A DNA stretch of 64,000 nt from Lama guanicoe (lineage: Eukaryota), in the NCBI GenBank assembly GCA_013239625.1, contig MU054187.1, positions 10,747,231 through 10,811,230 on the forward strand, in the 5' to 3' direction. Of this stretch, positions 37,981 through 51,955 are shown piece after piece. The translations under genes were made by a program, and so were the position numbers. Numbering within the stretch: the stretch's first letter is position 1; every line of letters starts with the position of its first letter. The notes beneath the pieces are model-generated. The model saw only the letters and a list, made by a program, of their open reading frames with translations, ran no database searches and had not been told where the DNA came from.

Positions 37981-40306
37981 TGTATTCATCAGTGACTTCA
38001 CTCGTATACTAAAATCTGTCAAAAAATACTCTTGAATTTGACTATATTGTTATGTATTATGCTTCAAAATATGAGAATCTGTGTATTAATTTGAATAGAA
38101 ATAAGATTCAGATTTGCGTGAAAAGCTTTTAAATCATATGAATTCAAACTATTTTAAACTCATTTCTTTTTATCAAGAATTTGAATTAAGGGCTTATAGC
38201 TCATCTATGTAGAAAGACAAATCATAGATTTCTACAGCGTTACCTTTTTTGTAGACCAAACCGATGACTACTCTCTATTTCCCTCAGCTCTAATTTTATC
38301 CTAATGTAGTAAATTCAACCTGAGGAAGACGTATTTACTGCAAACTTTGGGGAACCAGCCTTGCCAAGTCTGTGATAGCCTTATTTCACCCACAAGCACT
38401 GGTGAGATAATTGAGTAGACTTGACTTCAACCTTTATTTATAAAATGTGTGTCTGACAGCTTTTTTTCTTCCACACACTGGTCTGTTAGTTTGGTATTTA
38501 CTTCCAAACCCAAATCCCCCCAGCCCGTTGCTTGGGTAGCTAAGTCCTTGCCTGACGGCATGGTCATCTGACTGACAGGATTCCGGCTGTGTTCTCTTCT
38601 CTTCTCTTCCTGCTCTGTGCGGTCCCATGGAGGGATTTTGGTCTTCTTTGGCTGTATTCTCACATTGGTGCCTAAGCAGAGTAGGGGATGGGGTATCTTC
38701 TGAAGAATGTAGACAACTCTGGTGTTAGTTATCCATACGGAAGTTATCCCTGCATCATACAGGGAACGAGAGTGAATTCTTGGTTTTTCTTGGCCTCACT
38801 TTCTTAGGGTTAGATTCTTACTAGGATGGGTGTTAGGAATGGGCTCTGGTTTGTAGATGCAAAGAGGGCACCATTCTTGTGAAGGTGGACCAGAGAAGCA
38901 ACTGTGAGCCTGCTGAAGCTCGTGTGAGCCCATGTTTATAAACTGCTGTGTCTGGAGAGACAGTAGTGTGTTAAATTCTGTAGTTTTGATAAGCGCACAT
39001 TTAATACCTCACCATTTGCACAGATCAGTGGTCTGTGCACAGTTTAACCAGATCTTCTGTTTAATCTCTTTTTTAGTTTTTCTTTGTATCATGAGATGCT
39101 GTGTTTCATGACCATGATTCTTTATTCCTTTAGCTATATTGCATTAGAAGAAATTACAGTCCTAAGTTGGGTGTAGAAAGACAAGTTCTGATAGACTGTG
39201 AAACAACATAAGGGGATGAATATGCGGTGGGGCAAGCGTTGTAGGTGTCTAGAAGTTTCTTAGTCTCTTTCTGATATGCCCATATTTTGTCTTAGTTGTG
39301 TCTATGGAAACGCTTCTTGGGTTGTGGCAGAATGTGGACCAATATTTCTGTTCCTGGTGTTTTAGAATATTTATGACTCTTTGGTATTAAATGGGATGTT
39401 GAAAGTAGAAAAATTGGATCACAGCTCATTAAGTAAAAACTTAACACTAAAATTTGAGGACTATTTCATGATGTCTGTTTGGTATTTAAAAGTGGGTAGC
39501 CAGAGAAAGATATATGAATCATCTGTAAAGCTAGAATGATTTTAAAAGGTTTAAATTTAAACAAGAGGGTAGAAAGAAACTAAGGAATGTCACATAGATG
39601 AAAGAGGAAGGTAAAGAAGCAATGAGTAAGACAGAGGAGGAACAGTTAGACAGGTGGTATGGGCATGAGGAGGATGCCATGCCCTGAGAATAAGAGAAGA
39701 AAAAGTCCCGCTTAGTTAGGTCTGTCTAAAAATATGGAGTGCCAAGAAGTCAGGAGGGATAACTCCTAGAAAGATCGTTTCATTTAGGAGTTGGTGTGAC
39801 ATTGACCACCTTTGCAGGGGAACTATTGCTTTCAATAAAGTTGGTTAAACTACTTTCTTGAACAGAACAATGGAAAAAAATGAGTGGTACTATGAAAGAA
39901 ATGTCAGTGAGTGTCATTGGTTTTATGTGTCACAGTGAATAACAGGTAAGGTAATAGCAGATGAGTAAAACTTACTTAAACATTTAGTTGTTTTTATTTA
40001 CAGCAGAATAAAGTGCTTTGTTCTATGACACTCATTTAAAGAATGTTATTTTAAGTAAAAGACTTACAAATAATTTCACAGTTTAACATGGTCTTACATT
40101 AATATATAAACTAATTCATATCAAATACAAGACTTAAATTTATAGGAGAAATAAAGGAAGCAGTACTTTGGGATATTTGCATTATTTGAATATGAAGTGA
40201 CATAGTGTTGGTCAGTTATATCTAATTGCTTCATAAATTTAGTTTTTGATCAATCATGAAATCATTTATTATTGTTTTTATAAATATATTTCTTTTGTTT
40301 CAACAG

Positions 40307-40438
40307 AACATAAAGGAACAAGAAGGGATTTCAGAAGCTATGATAAACCCTGGCAATTAAATGCAAAGAAACCTAAAAAGTCAAAAAGTGACCTTGCTGT
40401 GTCTAATATTTCTCCACCATCACCAGAATCAAAATCAT
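40307..40438 (+). CDS. C8orf34: C8orf34 coding exon (exon 3 equivalent), 132 nt, (E)[43 protein letters not shown]
   Basis: Acceptor ttttgtttcaacag| and donor |gtaagg. Phase 1 to 1, in frame with the previous exon. Lies within ORF 40246..40470. Confidence 0.95.
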
Positions 40439-40734
40439 GTAAGGAAGTTTGTCATTCAGATGTTATTTAATATATGTAACTGTGTGTTAGTAAAATGAGA
40501 AGAAGGTAAGAATTGAAGCCAAATATTTTATCTGATATTTCTTGCTATTCTAATGAATTTCACATTTATTTCAGCATGTACATTGAGCTTTATTTATATA
40601 TAACTGCTCACTCATATGCTCATACGCTCATGCATGTGTAATTGATTTAGACCTTTTTGAGTATAATATTCTTTTAAGAATATAAACTACTTGGAGCAGG
40701 TCCTTTGCCACTGATAAGTACTCCTTTCTCAGTC

Positions 40735-41230
40735 TATCTGAAAGTGTAATCCGTATCCAAACTCCAGCAGATGTTTGCCCCCTGGAAATTGACTATTATT
40801 TTAAATAGATTTGGAAAGGCAAGGGACCATGATTGTCTAAAGTAATCTAGAAAAATATGAATTAGTTTGGAGAATTTACCCTACCTGACTTCAGTTCTTA
40901 TTATAGAACTACATTGAGACAGTGTGATTTTTGGTGAAAGGATGGGCAAATAGATCAATTGAACTTAATCAGAAGTCTAAAAGTACATATATGGTCAAAT
41001 GATTTTCCATAGGACAAGTAAACAAATACAATAGGAAGAGAAAAAGTCCCTTCAACATGGGACATTCATATAGAAAAATACACACAATTTTGATCCCTAC
41101 CTTAATTCATACTGAAAATCAATCTGAGGTGGGTCATAGGCCTAAAGATGAAAACAAAAACAGTAAAACTTCTAAAATAAAACATACACGTATAACTTTG
41201 TGACCTTGGAGAGGCAAAAATGTTTTAGAG
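40735..41230 (+). mobile_element. Old L1 ORF2 fragment (sense)
   Basis: Recognisable degenerate ORF2 3' region (ctacctgacttca...atagatcaattgaa...atatggtcaaatgatttt). Confidence 0.75.
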
Positions 41231-41269
41231 ATGTTTAGTTACCATGGCTTCATACCAAATCAATCCAAA

Positions 41270-44200
41270 AAAAATTTTTAGGTTAAATTAGCATAACAAA
41301 AATTAACCATTTTATAATGTACAGTTCAGTGACATTTAGTACACTCAAAATGCTGTGATGCCGTAACCTCTATCTAGTTCCAAAACATTTCATCAGTAGA
41401 AAAGGAAACCCTGTTACAAATAGTCACTGAACATTTCTGCTTCCCACCAGCCCCTGAGAACTTGCTTTCTGTCTCTGAATTGACCTATTTTGGTTATTTC
41501 GTATTAGTGGAATCATATAATGTGTGACCTTTCTATATTTGGCTTATTTCACTTAGCATGATATTTTCAGCGTTCATTCCCATTGCAGCAGGTGTCAGTG
41601 CTTTATTCCTTTTGGGGGCTGAATAATATTCCATTATATGGACATACTGCATTTTGTTTATCCATCCATTTGTTGTAGGGTATTTTGGTTGTTTCTGCCT
41701 TTTGCTGTCATGAACAGTGTTGCTGTAAACATTGATTTACCAGTGATTGTTTGAACACTCATTATCCATTATTTGAGTATATACCTTGAAGTGGAGTTGC
41801 TGAGTTGTATTGTGATTCTGTGTTTTAATTTTTAGGGGAATTGCCAATTGATTTTTATAGAGGCTGCTCTATTTTACGTTCCCATCAGCAATGTAAGCGG
41901 CTTTCAGTTGCTCCACATTCTCACCAACGCTTGTTATTTTCTATTTATATCAAAAATATTATGCCATCCAAAAGGGTGCAAAGTGAAATCTTGTTTTAAT
42001 TTGCATTTCTGTAACGATTAACGATGTTCAGCAACTTTTCATGTTCTTGGCCATTTGTGTATCTTTGGAGAAATATCTATTCAGGCCCTTTTGTTCATTT
42101 TCTTAAGTAGATTGTTACTCTTCCTTGAATTTTAAGAGTTCTTTATATATTCTGATACTACACCCTTATCAGATACATGATTTACAGATATTGTCTCTCA
42201 GTCTGTATATTGTCTTTTCACTTTCTTGGTAGTATTCTTCGATACACAAGTTATTTTGATGAGGCCAATTTACCTTATCTTTTTCTTTTTTTTGTTTGTA
42301 ATTTTTGTGTCATATCTAAGAAACCCTTGCCTAATCCAAGACCAGAAAGATTTACCCCTGTGTTTCTTATAAGAGTTTTATAGTTTTAGTTTTAAAATTT
42401 AGGTCTTTGATTCATTTTAAGTTAATTTTTGTTTATGATGTAATCAGGGTCCAGATTCATTCTTTTATATGTAGATATGGAGTTTTCCATTTGTTGGGCA
42501 GTATCATTTGTTGAAAATACTACTTTTTGCACATTAAATGGTCTGGCACGCTTATTTAAAATTCATTGACAATAAATCTGAGGATTTATATCTAGACTTT
42601 CAGTTCTGTTCCACTATTCTATGTGTCTCTCCTTATATAAGAATGACACTTTTTGTTTCAGAAGCTTTATGATAAGTTTCAAAATTGGAAAGTATGAGTA
42701 CTTGGACTTTGTTTTTCTTTCTCAAGGTTGTATAGGCTATCCAGAGTCCTTTGCAATTCCATTAGATTTTTAGGATTAGCTTTCCCATTTTTGCAAAAAA
42801 AAAGGTCAGTGAGATTTTAATGGGAAATGCATTCTGTTAATAGATCACTTTGCGATTATTGTGATCTAACATTGTTAAAGATTTCAGTCTGTGAATGTGG
42901 AATACCTTTCATTTATTTAGGTATTCTTTAATTTCTTTAAACAATGTTTTATAATTTTCAGTACACTAGACCAGCACCTTCTTGGTTAAGTTAATTATTA
43001 ACTATTTTATTCTTTTATATGTTATTGTAAATGTAATTTTTCTTATTTTCTTTTTCCAGTTTTTCATTGGTAGTGTTTAGAAGTACAACTGATTTTTCAA
43101 GTGTTGGTCTTATGTCCTGCAACTTTGTTGAACTTGTTGGTTGTAACCATGTTTTTATGGATTCTTTAGGCTATTCTACATAAAACTTCATGCAAATAGA
43201 GATAGTTTTATTTTTTCTTTTCCAATTTGAATGCCATTTATTTCTTTTTCTTGTCTACTTGCTCTGGCTAGACATTTTAGTAGTGTTGAATGGAAGTCAT
43301 GAAAGCAGTCATCCTTTCTTTTTCATCATCTTAAGGGGAAAACTTTCATTCTTTTTCCAACCTAGATGATGTTAACTCTGTTTTTCATAAATATGTTTCA
43401 TCATATTGAAGATGTTTGCTTCTGCTCCTAGTTTGGTGGGAGTTTTTATTATGACGGAATATTGGATTTTATCAAAAAGCCTTTTCTCCATCAATAAATA
43501 TAATCATGCATTTTAAAATTCATTTTATTGACATGATTATTACACTAATTTTCTTATGTTAAATAATTTTTGTATTCATGGTATAAATCCCACTTGGTCA
43601 TGATGTATAATCCTTTAAATATGCAGCTGAATTTGATTTGCAACTATTTTATTGAGGATTTTTGTATCTATATTCAGAAGAGATATTGGTGTGTAGTTTT
43701 CTTGTTATATCTTTGTCTTTTGTGTCAAGGCAATGCTGGCTTCGTAGAGTGAGTTAAGATGTGTTCCCTCCTTTTCTATTTTTCGGAAGTGTTTGGAAAG
43801 GATTGGTGAAGAATTGAGAAGGATTGGTGTTAAGTCTTTAAATGTTTGGTTGAATGTACCAATGAAGCCACCTTATACTGTGGTTGACTTTGTTGCGAAG
43901 TTTTTGAATATTTATTCAGTGTCTTTACTTGTTACAGATTTTTTAGTTTGTTCTTGAGTAACTTGGTAGTTTGTTTGATTCTAGGAATCCATTTCATCTA
44001 AGTTATCCAATTTGTTGCTGTAAAACGTTCATAATATTCTTTTATAATCCTTTTTAAAAACAGTTCTGTGAAGTGTGTAGTAACGTCTTGATTACATTTC
44101 TGATTTTAGTAATTTGAGTCTTCTCCCTTTTTTCTTAGTTTAGCTAAAGGTTTGTTAATTTTTAGAATCTTTCTTAAGAATCAACTTTTGGTTTTGTTGA

Positions 44201-45145
44201 TTTTTCTCTATTACATTTGTATCTTCCATTTCATTTATTTCTTTTCCACTATTTATTATTTACTCCCTTCTACTAGGTTGGGTTTAGTTTGCTTTTCTTT
44301 TTCTACTTCTTTAAGGTAGAAAGATCAGTTACTGACACAAGATCTTTTTTTTTTAATGTGGGCTTTACAATGATAAATTCCTATATGAGCACCACTTCTG
44401 CTGTATTCTGTAAGTTTTAGTGTGTTGTGTTTTCATTTTCATTTGTCTCAAGATGTTTTCTAATTCCCATTGGGATTTCTTTTCACCAATTGGTTATTTA
44501 AGGGCATGTTGTTTAATTTTTCTCGTATTTGTGAATTTTCTGTGACTTTTGCTTTTAATTTCTAGTTTCATTCTGTTGTGGTCAGAGAAGATACCTTTAT
44601 GATCTAAATATTTTAAAACTTACTGAGATGTATTTTGTGGCCAGATGTATGGTGTATACTAGAGACTATTCCATGCACACTTGAGCAGAATATGTATGGC
44701 TGTTATGCTGTGGAGTGTTCTGTTTATGTCTGTTAGGTCTAATTGGTTTATAGTGTTGTTCAGGTACCCTGTTTCCTTATTGATCTGTTGAGTTGTGCTA
44801 TCCATTATTGCCAGTGGAGTGTTAGTGTCTCCAACTCTTATTGTAGAACTCTGTTTATACCTTCAGTCATGTCAATGTTTGATTCACATATTCGGGGGCT
44901 CTCTTGTTAGGTGTGTATAATATAAGTAATTGTTAAATCTTCTTGACAGAGTGACCTTTTTTAAATCAATATATAATATCCTTTGTCTTGTAACTAGTTC
45001 TGTCTTAAAGTCTGTTTTGTCTGATAATAGTGTAATCACCTCTGCTCTTTTGGTTACTATTTTCATGGGATATCTTTCAATCATTATTTCTTCAAATATT
45101 GTTTGTTCTCCTTTTGGGACTACTATTATGTGTATGTTGGTACAT
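41270..45145 (-). mobile_element. Old L1 (L1MB-like), about 3.9 kb, degenerate ORF2 and 3' end
   Basis: Typical antisense L1 T-rich sequence. ORF 44884..45084(-) KRAEVITLLSDKTDFKT resembles the L1 endonuclease domain. Confidence 0.88.
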
Positions 45146-48100
45146 TATACAAATTGATAAACTAAGAAAAGTCTTATGACATCTCAAATAATACTTGAAT
45201 GGTACTTGATAAAATTTACATCAGTTTATTTTAAAACAAAACTAAATAACACTTTTTAGAATAAAAGGGTATTTTCTTAACTAAAGTATTTGGCACAAAT
45301 GTTTATGTAATATAAAAAGTTTTCTAAGTGACTGGTCTTAAAAGGAAAAAAGAATAATATTAACAGTTGTTAACTTTCATATGGGGAAAATATTGTTAGC
45401 ATTCATTAAAAAATCTTTTTTGCTAAAGCTTACTTAAAATTAGATACTATAAATTAATTAGGCCAGTTTTGTGAAGAGCAAAGTAACCTATTGGCCTATC
45501 CAATAGAATGTGAGCTCCAGTAGAATGTCATCTCCGTGAGTGAAGGGAATTTTGTTACTTTCATTTACACTGGTTCACTCCCAGAACCTAAAACAGTGCC
45601 TGACACATGGTTTGTGCTATACAAATGAGTGAGTAAATAAGTAAATGAGGAGAATTTAAGAATGGGTTAGTGCTACTAATGAGATGACAGTTCAGAAGTT
45701 GTGCATTTTTAGGTAACAAAAAAATAGCACCTTACACAATGCAAGCTGGTATAGGTACAAAGATCTGCTAGATGATGTTTGTTATTAATTTTCAATTGTT
45801 ATTTGTCATAGAAGGAAGATATGACAAGTAGAGTTTGATGAAGTTTTTTTCCTATATGGTTCAGACATTGCCACTATTTACCTAGTGTCTAGCAGTGAGC
45901 TGGAGACTGGACCACAGAAGAAGTAAAGGGTCTGCAGTGACTGTATCTGTGGTGATTGTGCAGATTTTTCATGAGAGGATTAATGAACTAAGAACTTCTA
46001 TATGTCAAAAAAAAATAGTGGAATGGTGGAATGGTTGAGGACAACGAGTGGGGTCTTGTCAGAAAGGACCAGAAGAGCGTTTGTCCATCCTCTGTGCATG
46101 ATAATGTGCACTGATTCTTTCATAGCCATTTCAAATTTGTGATCCAGATGGGAAAATTGAGGTAAGTATGTTAGCTTCAGTTAAAACCAAAAACTAACAA
46201 AACCAGTCCTCAGTAATTTTATTTATGCTTTTGTATTTGGGGGAGTGTTTGTCATTTATTTAAATGTTGCATTTAGCACAGAATATACAAAGAGGAATTG
46301 CTGTAAATTTGCTGTAATTTTAGGGAAAAAAACGAAAGGACTGTGCACATGTATAGAAAATACCAATTACATAAATACAAGAGAATGAAGATGGCAACAC
46401 AGTGTCTGAAAAATCATAATATGGAAATGCAGAAGGCAGGAGACATGAAGTAATAAATTCACTATTATCGGTTTTAGATGTATCATAAGTGTGGTGCTAG
46501 GATATCTCCTGGTATATTTTAAATGAAAATGTGGTACTTGGGAGAAACTTTCAGATAAGAATTTATTTCAGATAAGCATTTATTAGATTTTAGGAAACAT
46601 AGTTGAAAGCTCTCATAATTGAAATTATTTTGGTTCAAAAGAAATGGATAAATGGTATTTCACAAGTCACTTGGAGGAAATGTAAATTTACTGTTTAACC
46701 CACAGATAGAAACTCTTGGTGGAGGTCTCAGTGAGTCAGAATTTTATTAATACAATAAAGAATTGTTCAAAATAAGCCCTGCTCAGAATATGGTAGGCTG
46801 TTTTGCGGAGAAGTGACCTCATTATAACTGAATGGAGGCTGCCCATCTACATGGCTCTGTGGACGGGCTTCTGCACGGGGCTGAGTTCTGTCTCAGTGGT
46901 GTCACAGGCTGTCCCTAATCTCAGTTTCTTTCACCTCATATGGGTCGTATTGTGTTGTTACTGTTCTTCTGTTTTCTGTGTCTCCTGAGGATATAGAAAA
47001 TGTATTTAAGCTGTAGTCTTGAATTTTAAGTTTAAGTGTAGGCCAGGCAAGGTTTTTAATCCATTAGAAACCTTTCGAGAGTCTCATCTGGAGCCTTAAC
47101 ACTGGGCTGATGACCTCCCAAATCTCCTTCCGTTATTTACCAAGACATCTTTTGGACTCATCAGCCTGGTTGATTAGACCATGGTTATGCTGTGGCCTTC
47201 CTTGTCCTAGATTTGGATCCCATGATCAATTGGGTATCACATATGTAGCAAGTTGTCACAAGCTACAAAAATGTAAAAAGAAATTCACCTTAGTTTCTCT
47301 CGAAAGTTGCTGAGCAAAAGTGCTTGGGTGTCGTTTCGTTTCTCTGCAGTGCTGCATATATCCTCCCCAGAACTCAGTGGCTTGGAGCAGCAGTCTGTAA
47401 TTTCTCATGATTCAGTGAGTTCAGTGGGCAGTTCTGCTGATCTCCCCTGGACTTGCCCACGTGGATGCACACATTCAGGTAGTGAGTGGTCTGCAAGGGC
47501 TGTTATCGTTGGCAGTGGGGCAAGTCTCGTGATTATCTGGGAAGGTTAATTGGGACTGACTTAGAAGACCTAAAAAAAAAAAATCTATGTATTTTTTTTA
47601 ATTAAAAAAAAGAGAGATCTTGATAGGATATGGTAATTTCCAGGAAAATTAGATAAATGTAATGATGCAGATGAGAGAAATTTCTCAAAGAAGGTTAACA
47701 AAAGTGCCAGTAAATGTTTTGAAGGATCTGGTACAAGTACAGTTTTCTCTGCTTCCTCTCCTGGTTTCTCTTCCCTATGCCTGGGCTTGCCCCAGGATCT
47801 CCTGGGGAGTGTACCCTGCGGGGTCATAGCAGTATGCTTGGGAGTGTTTTCTAGAACCATTGTTCACGATCGCTGCTTCCGTTCTCCACTGCTTGAACAT
47901 GAGTGTGTTGATGTCAGCTGACATCTCCATCCCTGAGTCCCTTAAACAAAGAAACACACAGGAAGCAGCTGCATTTTTTTAGTTTAGATTTATTTAAATT
48001 ATAGAAGTAATATTTGCTTATTTTGACAAAGAAAAAAATACAAACATGTAGAAAGATAGTCTCTCTCCCTTTACCCACTTCAAATTCTACTCCCTCAGAA

Positions 48101-48250
48101 ATAGTTTGTCTTTTCACATCCTTTCAAATAGTTGACATCTTCTTACATCCTTTTCTTTGTGTAACTATCATATAAAATATGTGTGAGGTGATTTGCTTTA
48201 TATATATATATATTTGCTTTATGTGTGAGTTCACTTTAAGCTGCCACATT

Positions 48251-48953
48251 GTTTTGTTTGTTTTTAACATTTTTTATTGAGTTATAGTCATTTTACAATG
48301 TTGTGTCAGATTCCAGTGTAGAGCACAATTTTTCAGTTATACATGAACATGCATATATTCATTATCACATTTTTTTTTTCTGTGAGCTACCACAAGATCT
48401 TGTATATATTTCCCTGTGCTATACAGTATAATCTTTATCTGTTCTACATTTTGAAATGCAGTCTATCCCTTCCCACCCCCCACCCTCTTGGCAACCACAA
48501 GTTTGTATTCTATGTCTATGAGTCTGTTTCTGTTTTTTAATTAATTAATTAATTAATTTATTTATTTATTTATTTAGATTCCACATATGAGCGATCTCAT
48601 ATGGTATTTTTCTTTCTCTTTCTGGCTTACTTCACTTAGAATGACATTCTCCAGGAACATCCATGTTGCTGCAGATGGTGTTATATTGTCAGTTTTTATG
48701 GCTGAATAGTATTCCATTGTATAAATATACCACGTCGTCTTTATCCAGTCATCTGTCGATGGACATTTAGGCTGTTTCCATGTCTTGGCTATTGTAAATA
48801 GTGCTGCTATGAACATTGGGGTGCAGGTGTCTTTTTGAAGTAGGGTTCCTTCTGGATATATGCCCAGGAGCAGGATTCCTGGGTCATATGGTAAGTGTAT
48901 TCCTAGTCTTTTGAGGAATCTCCATACTGTTTTCCACAGTGGCTGCACCAAAC
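48251..48953 (-). mobile_element. Young 5'-truncated L1 (ORF2 C-terminus plus 3' UTR)
   Basis: ORF 48574..48963(-) [13 protein letters not shown]...[24 protein letters not shown] is the L1 ORF2p C-terminal domain and is still open. TSD taagctgc(a)cacatt at 48237-48250 and 48954-48968. Confidence 0.93.
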
Positions 48954-50326
48954 TAAGCTGCACACATTCTTAAGCAACTTGTTTTTATAATTTTAAAATG
49001 TATTTTGGACAAATCTCTATGCAAATAAACTTAGATCTAAGTTTATACTTACTATTTAGTAAGTACACATACCTATAGCATAGTGTGTATATGCCATAAT
49101 TAATTTATTCCCCTGTTGAAGTACATTTAGATTATTTCCAGAGTTTTGCCACCACAAACTTTTTCGTGAAATAAAAATATCTTGCATTTTCTGATAAAAT
49201 AAACAACCTTGTACATATATACATAAGCATGGGTGTTTTCATTTATTTATGATAATTTACCAGAAATAATACAATTGCTGAATCAGAGGGTCAGTATTTT
49301 TATTACAATAAGTATTTCTGAATTATTTTTTAAAAGGTGGCAGAAAAAGTTTTTCTATAGTTTGAGACTGTCTTTCGTATAACCATACCATACAAATATT
49401 TTAAAGTTATTTTATTTTTATCAAAACAAAAATATATATAGTTTAAAAAGTAAATTAGTACCACAAGGCAACAGTGTCCTTTTTCTCCTGTTCTGCTTCT
49501 AATGTGGAACCACTTTTAACTCTTAAGATACTTCTTTTGGTACATGGATCTACATAGCTTAACATACAAGATACATAGCTCTCTTTCAGTTTTTAAGTTT
49601 GAGGCATTGTCTCTTGACCTCTTCTAAGACTTTGTGCTTTATACCCCCAGCCCATCACATCCTCACAGTACAGACAGGCAGATGTTTCAAATGTTCGTTA
49701 ATACGCACTCTGCATTGATATTTTTATGATTGTATTTATTAGGCTTTTTCACAGTAGAGACGTAAGATAGCCAACTGTTAATTTGTTTCTAGATTTAGTA
49801 ATTAGCTTGTTTTTTTTGTTTGCTCTGCGTTCTCTTACTTATCACTAATGCTTCACCAAACCCTGCCTTAAAGTATTAAACACTCTCATCAGGTATCCTT
49901 GTGTCTTATTTTAGGTTAATGTTTTATACTTTATTTCATTTAAAAAGTTTTTAGAGGCTTCTCTCCTGTAGCCCTTTGTCCTCTTGCTCCAGTCTTGACT
50001 CCTTAGTTTCCAGCCTTTTTTCTCAGTTGTCTGCTGAGACCATCCTTCACTTTCGTCCCGAGGATTCCCTTTTCCTTTTCCTTATGAAGGATTACCTGTG
50101 TCCTGAATCCCAGGTCTTTCCACTTACTCATTTTGGTGGAGCACCTCCATTAGGAGCTTTCTGAAAACGAGTGCTTGCCAGATACATTTTTAAGTTCTTA
50201 TGAGTATCTTGATTGATTCCTTAGTTGAGTTTAAATTCTAAGTTAGAAATAACCTTCAGTTGGAATTTTGAAGGAATTTCTCCTGTGTCCTCTGGGGCCA
50301 AGCATTGCTATTAAGAAGTCTGATGA

Positions 50327-50467
50327 AGGGGGTAGGGTAGAGCTCAGTGGTAGAGTGTATGCCTAGCATGCATGAGGTCTTGGGTTCAATCCCCAGTACC
50401 TCCACTAAAATAAACAAACAAACAAACAAACCTAATTACCTCCCCCCTAAAAAAGCAAACAAAATTT
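50327..50467 (+). mobile_element. tRNA-derived camelid SINE (Vic-1-like)
   Basis: A box (agctcagtgg), B box (ggttcaatcc) and A-rich tail. 13-bp TSD agaagtctgatga at 50314-50326 and 50468-50480. Confidence 0.9.
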
Positions 50468-51291
50468 AGAAGTCTGATGACAATTTGATGTGCTATTTTT
50501 GTCCATCAATGCGTTAGAGATCTTTTCTTTATTGCTACTGTTGTAAAATTTTGTGGTAATAAGCCTTGCATTACACTGGACATTTAGTGGATCCTTACAA
50601 TCTGAAAGGCAGTTATGTTTTTATATCCTTCTTGCTTTGGCATTAGTTCTCCTTGATTGATGCTTTGACATTTAAAGGTGTGAAATGTCCACTTTTTTTT
50701 GGCATCTCTCTCTCCAGGGACTAGGTTTCAGTATTCTCTACCTTGCTAAATCCAGTTGCTGCTCATCAGTTCATTTTGCATCTTCCAAAAAAAAAAAGTG
50801 TTGCTATTCTTGCCTAATAATGTCTTCTCTTCATGTCCAACCAATTCTTTGACAAAAGAAAAATACCATAATATGATTTTAGTGGGAATTTGAGGAAAAG
50901 TGAAAGCATATACAAGTATTCAGTCTTCTGTGTTGTATCAGAAGACAGGAAGAATGTCTTAAAAACAATTACTAATTGTTCATGGAGAAGTAGCAATTAT
51001 TTTTTAAGCTGCTAAAACATAAAATATACTTTGCTTTTGTGTTTTTCCCCAAGTTATAGAAATTACTAGTTTTAAATCAGTACCTGAATTTTCTTTTTTC
51101 TGTAAACACTATCACATTTTCTTAAACATTTAAGACCCAGCTTCATAACCTATCCTCTGTTTGCTCATGAGAAAAACATTTCCAGTACTTTTCTATTCTG
51201 TACACTGATCTTGATAGTCTTTCACATAATGATGGATAGGTTTTATCATTATGTAGCATGCTTCTGAAGTAATCATTTTTTTTAAACGTAG

Positions 51292-51420
51292 TGCCAAGGT
51301 CAGTAGATCATCCTAAGTGGAACTGGCGGACTAAACCAGAAAGCCGTGATTTTGATGAATTGAACCACATCCTTCAAGAGAGCAAGAAACTGGGAAAAGC
51401 CCTTGAGAATCTCTCTCGAA
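51292..51420 (+). CDS. C8orf34: C8orf34 coding exon (exon 4 equivalent), 129 nt, (L)[42 protein letters not shown]
   Basis: Acceptor ttttaaacgtag| and donor |gtaagt. Phase 1 to 1. Matches the recalled human sequence. Confidence 0.95.
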
Positions 51421-51833
51421 GTAAGTTCATTTACTTGATTATAATTGGAATTCCTAACCAATATTAAAGTAGAAGCATTCATTATTATTACCAGTAACGC
51501 ACTTCCAACATCCTCATTATAATTCCACGAGAGGCTGAGGAGTTCTAAGAGCGTGAGATTGGAAATGAGGACTGATCTTGCATATTACACAGATTTGTGG
51601 AAAGACTAGTGACATAGAGTAAGAGGATCTAAAGACTCCCCTGATGGCTGTTTGATTCTGACCTCTCTGCAAGGTCTTTGTTAGTTACCCAGGGCAGCTG
51701 TACACCTAATGGCATCTTATTCATTCTTCTCTCTTCAACCCTGTTGTTTTCTGTCATCTCTGTTTGTGCACATACCTGTTGTCTCCATGTGTTTTTGATG
51801 TCTCTAAATTTCTTAAGGATAGCAACTGGGCCA

Positions 51834-51955
51834 GGGTGGTGATATAGTTCAGTGGTAGAGAGCATGCTTAGCATGCATGAGGTTCTGGGTTCAATCCCCA
51901 GCACCTCCACTTAAATAAATAAACCTAGTTACCTCCCCCCAAAACAAAAATAAAT
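51834..51955 (+). mobile_element. tRNA-derived camelid SINE (Vic-1-like)
   Basis: Same body as the 50327 element. 19-bp TSD aaggata[g/a]caactgggcca at 51815-51833 and 51956-51974. Confidence 0.9.

Noticed and set aside
48574..48963. 129-aa ORF as a host gene
   Set aside because: It is the C-terminus of L1 ORF2p within a TSD-flanked insertion.
50327..50403. tRNA gene-like sequences (also 51834-51908)
   Set aside because: The A/B boxes belong to SINE heads followed by A-rich tails and TSDs, not tRNA genes.
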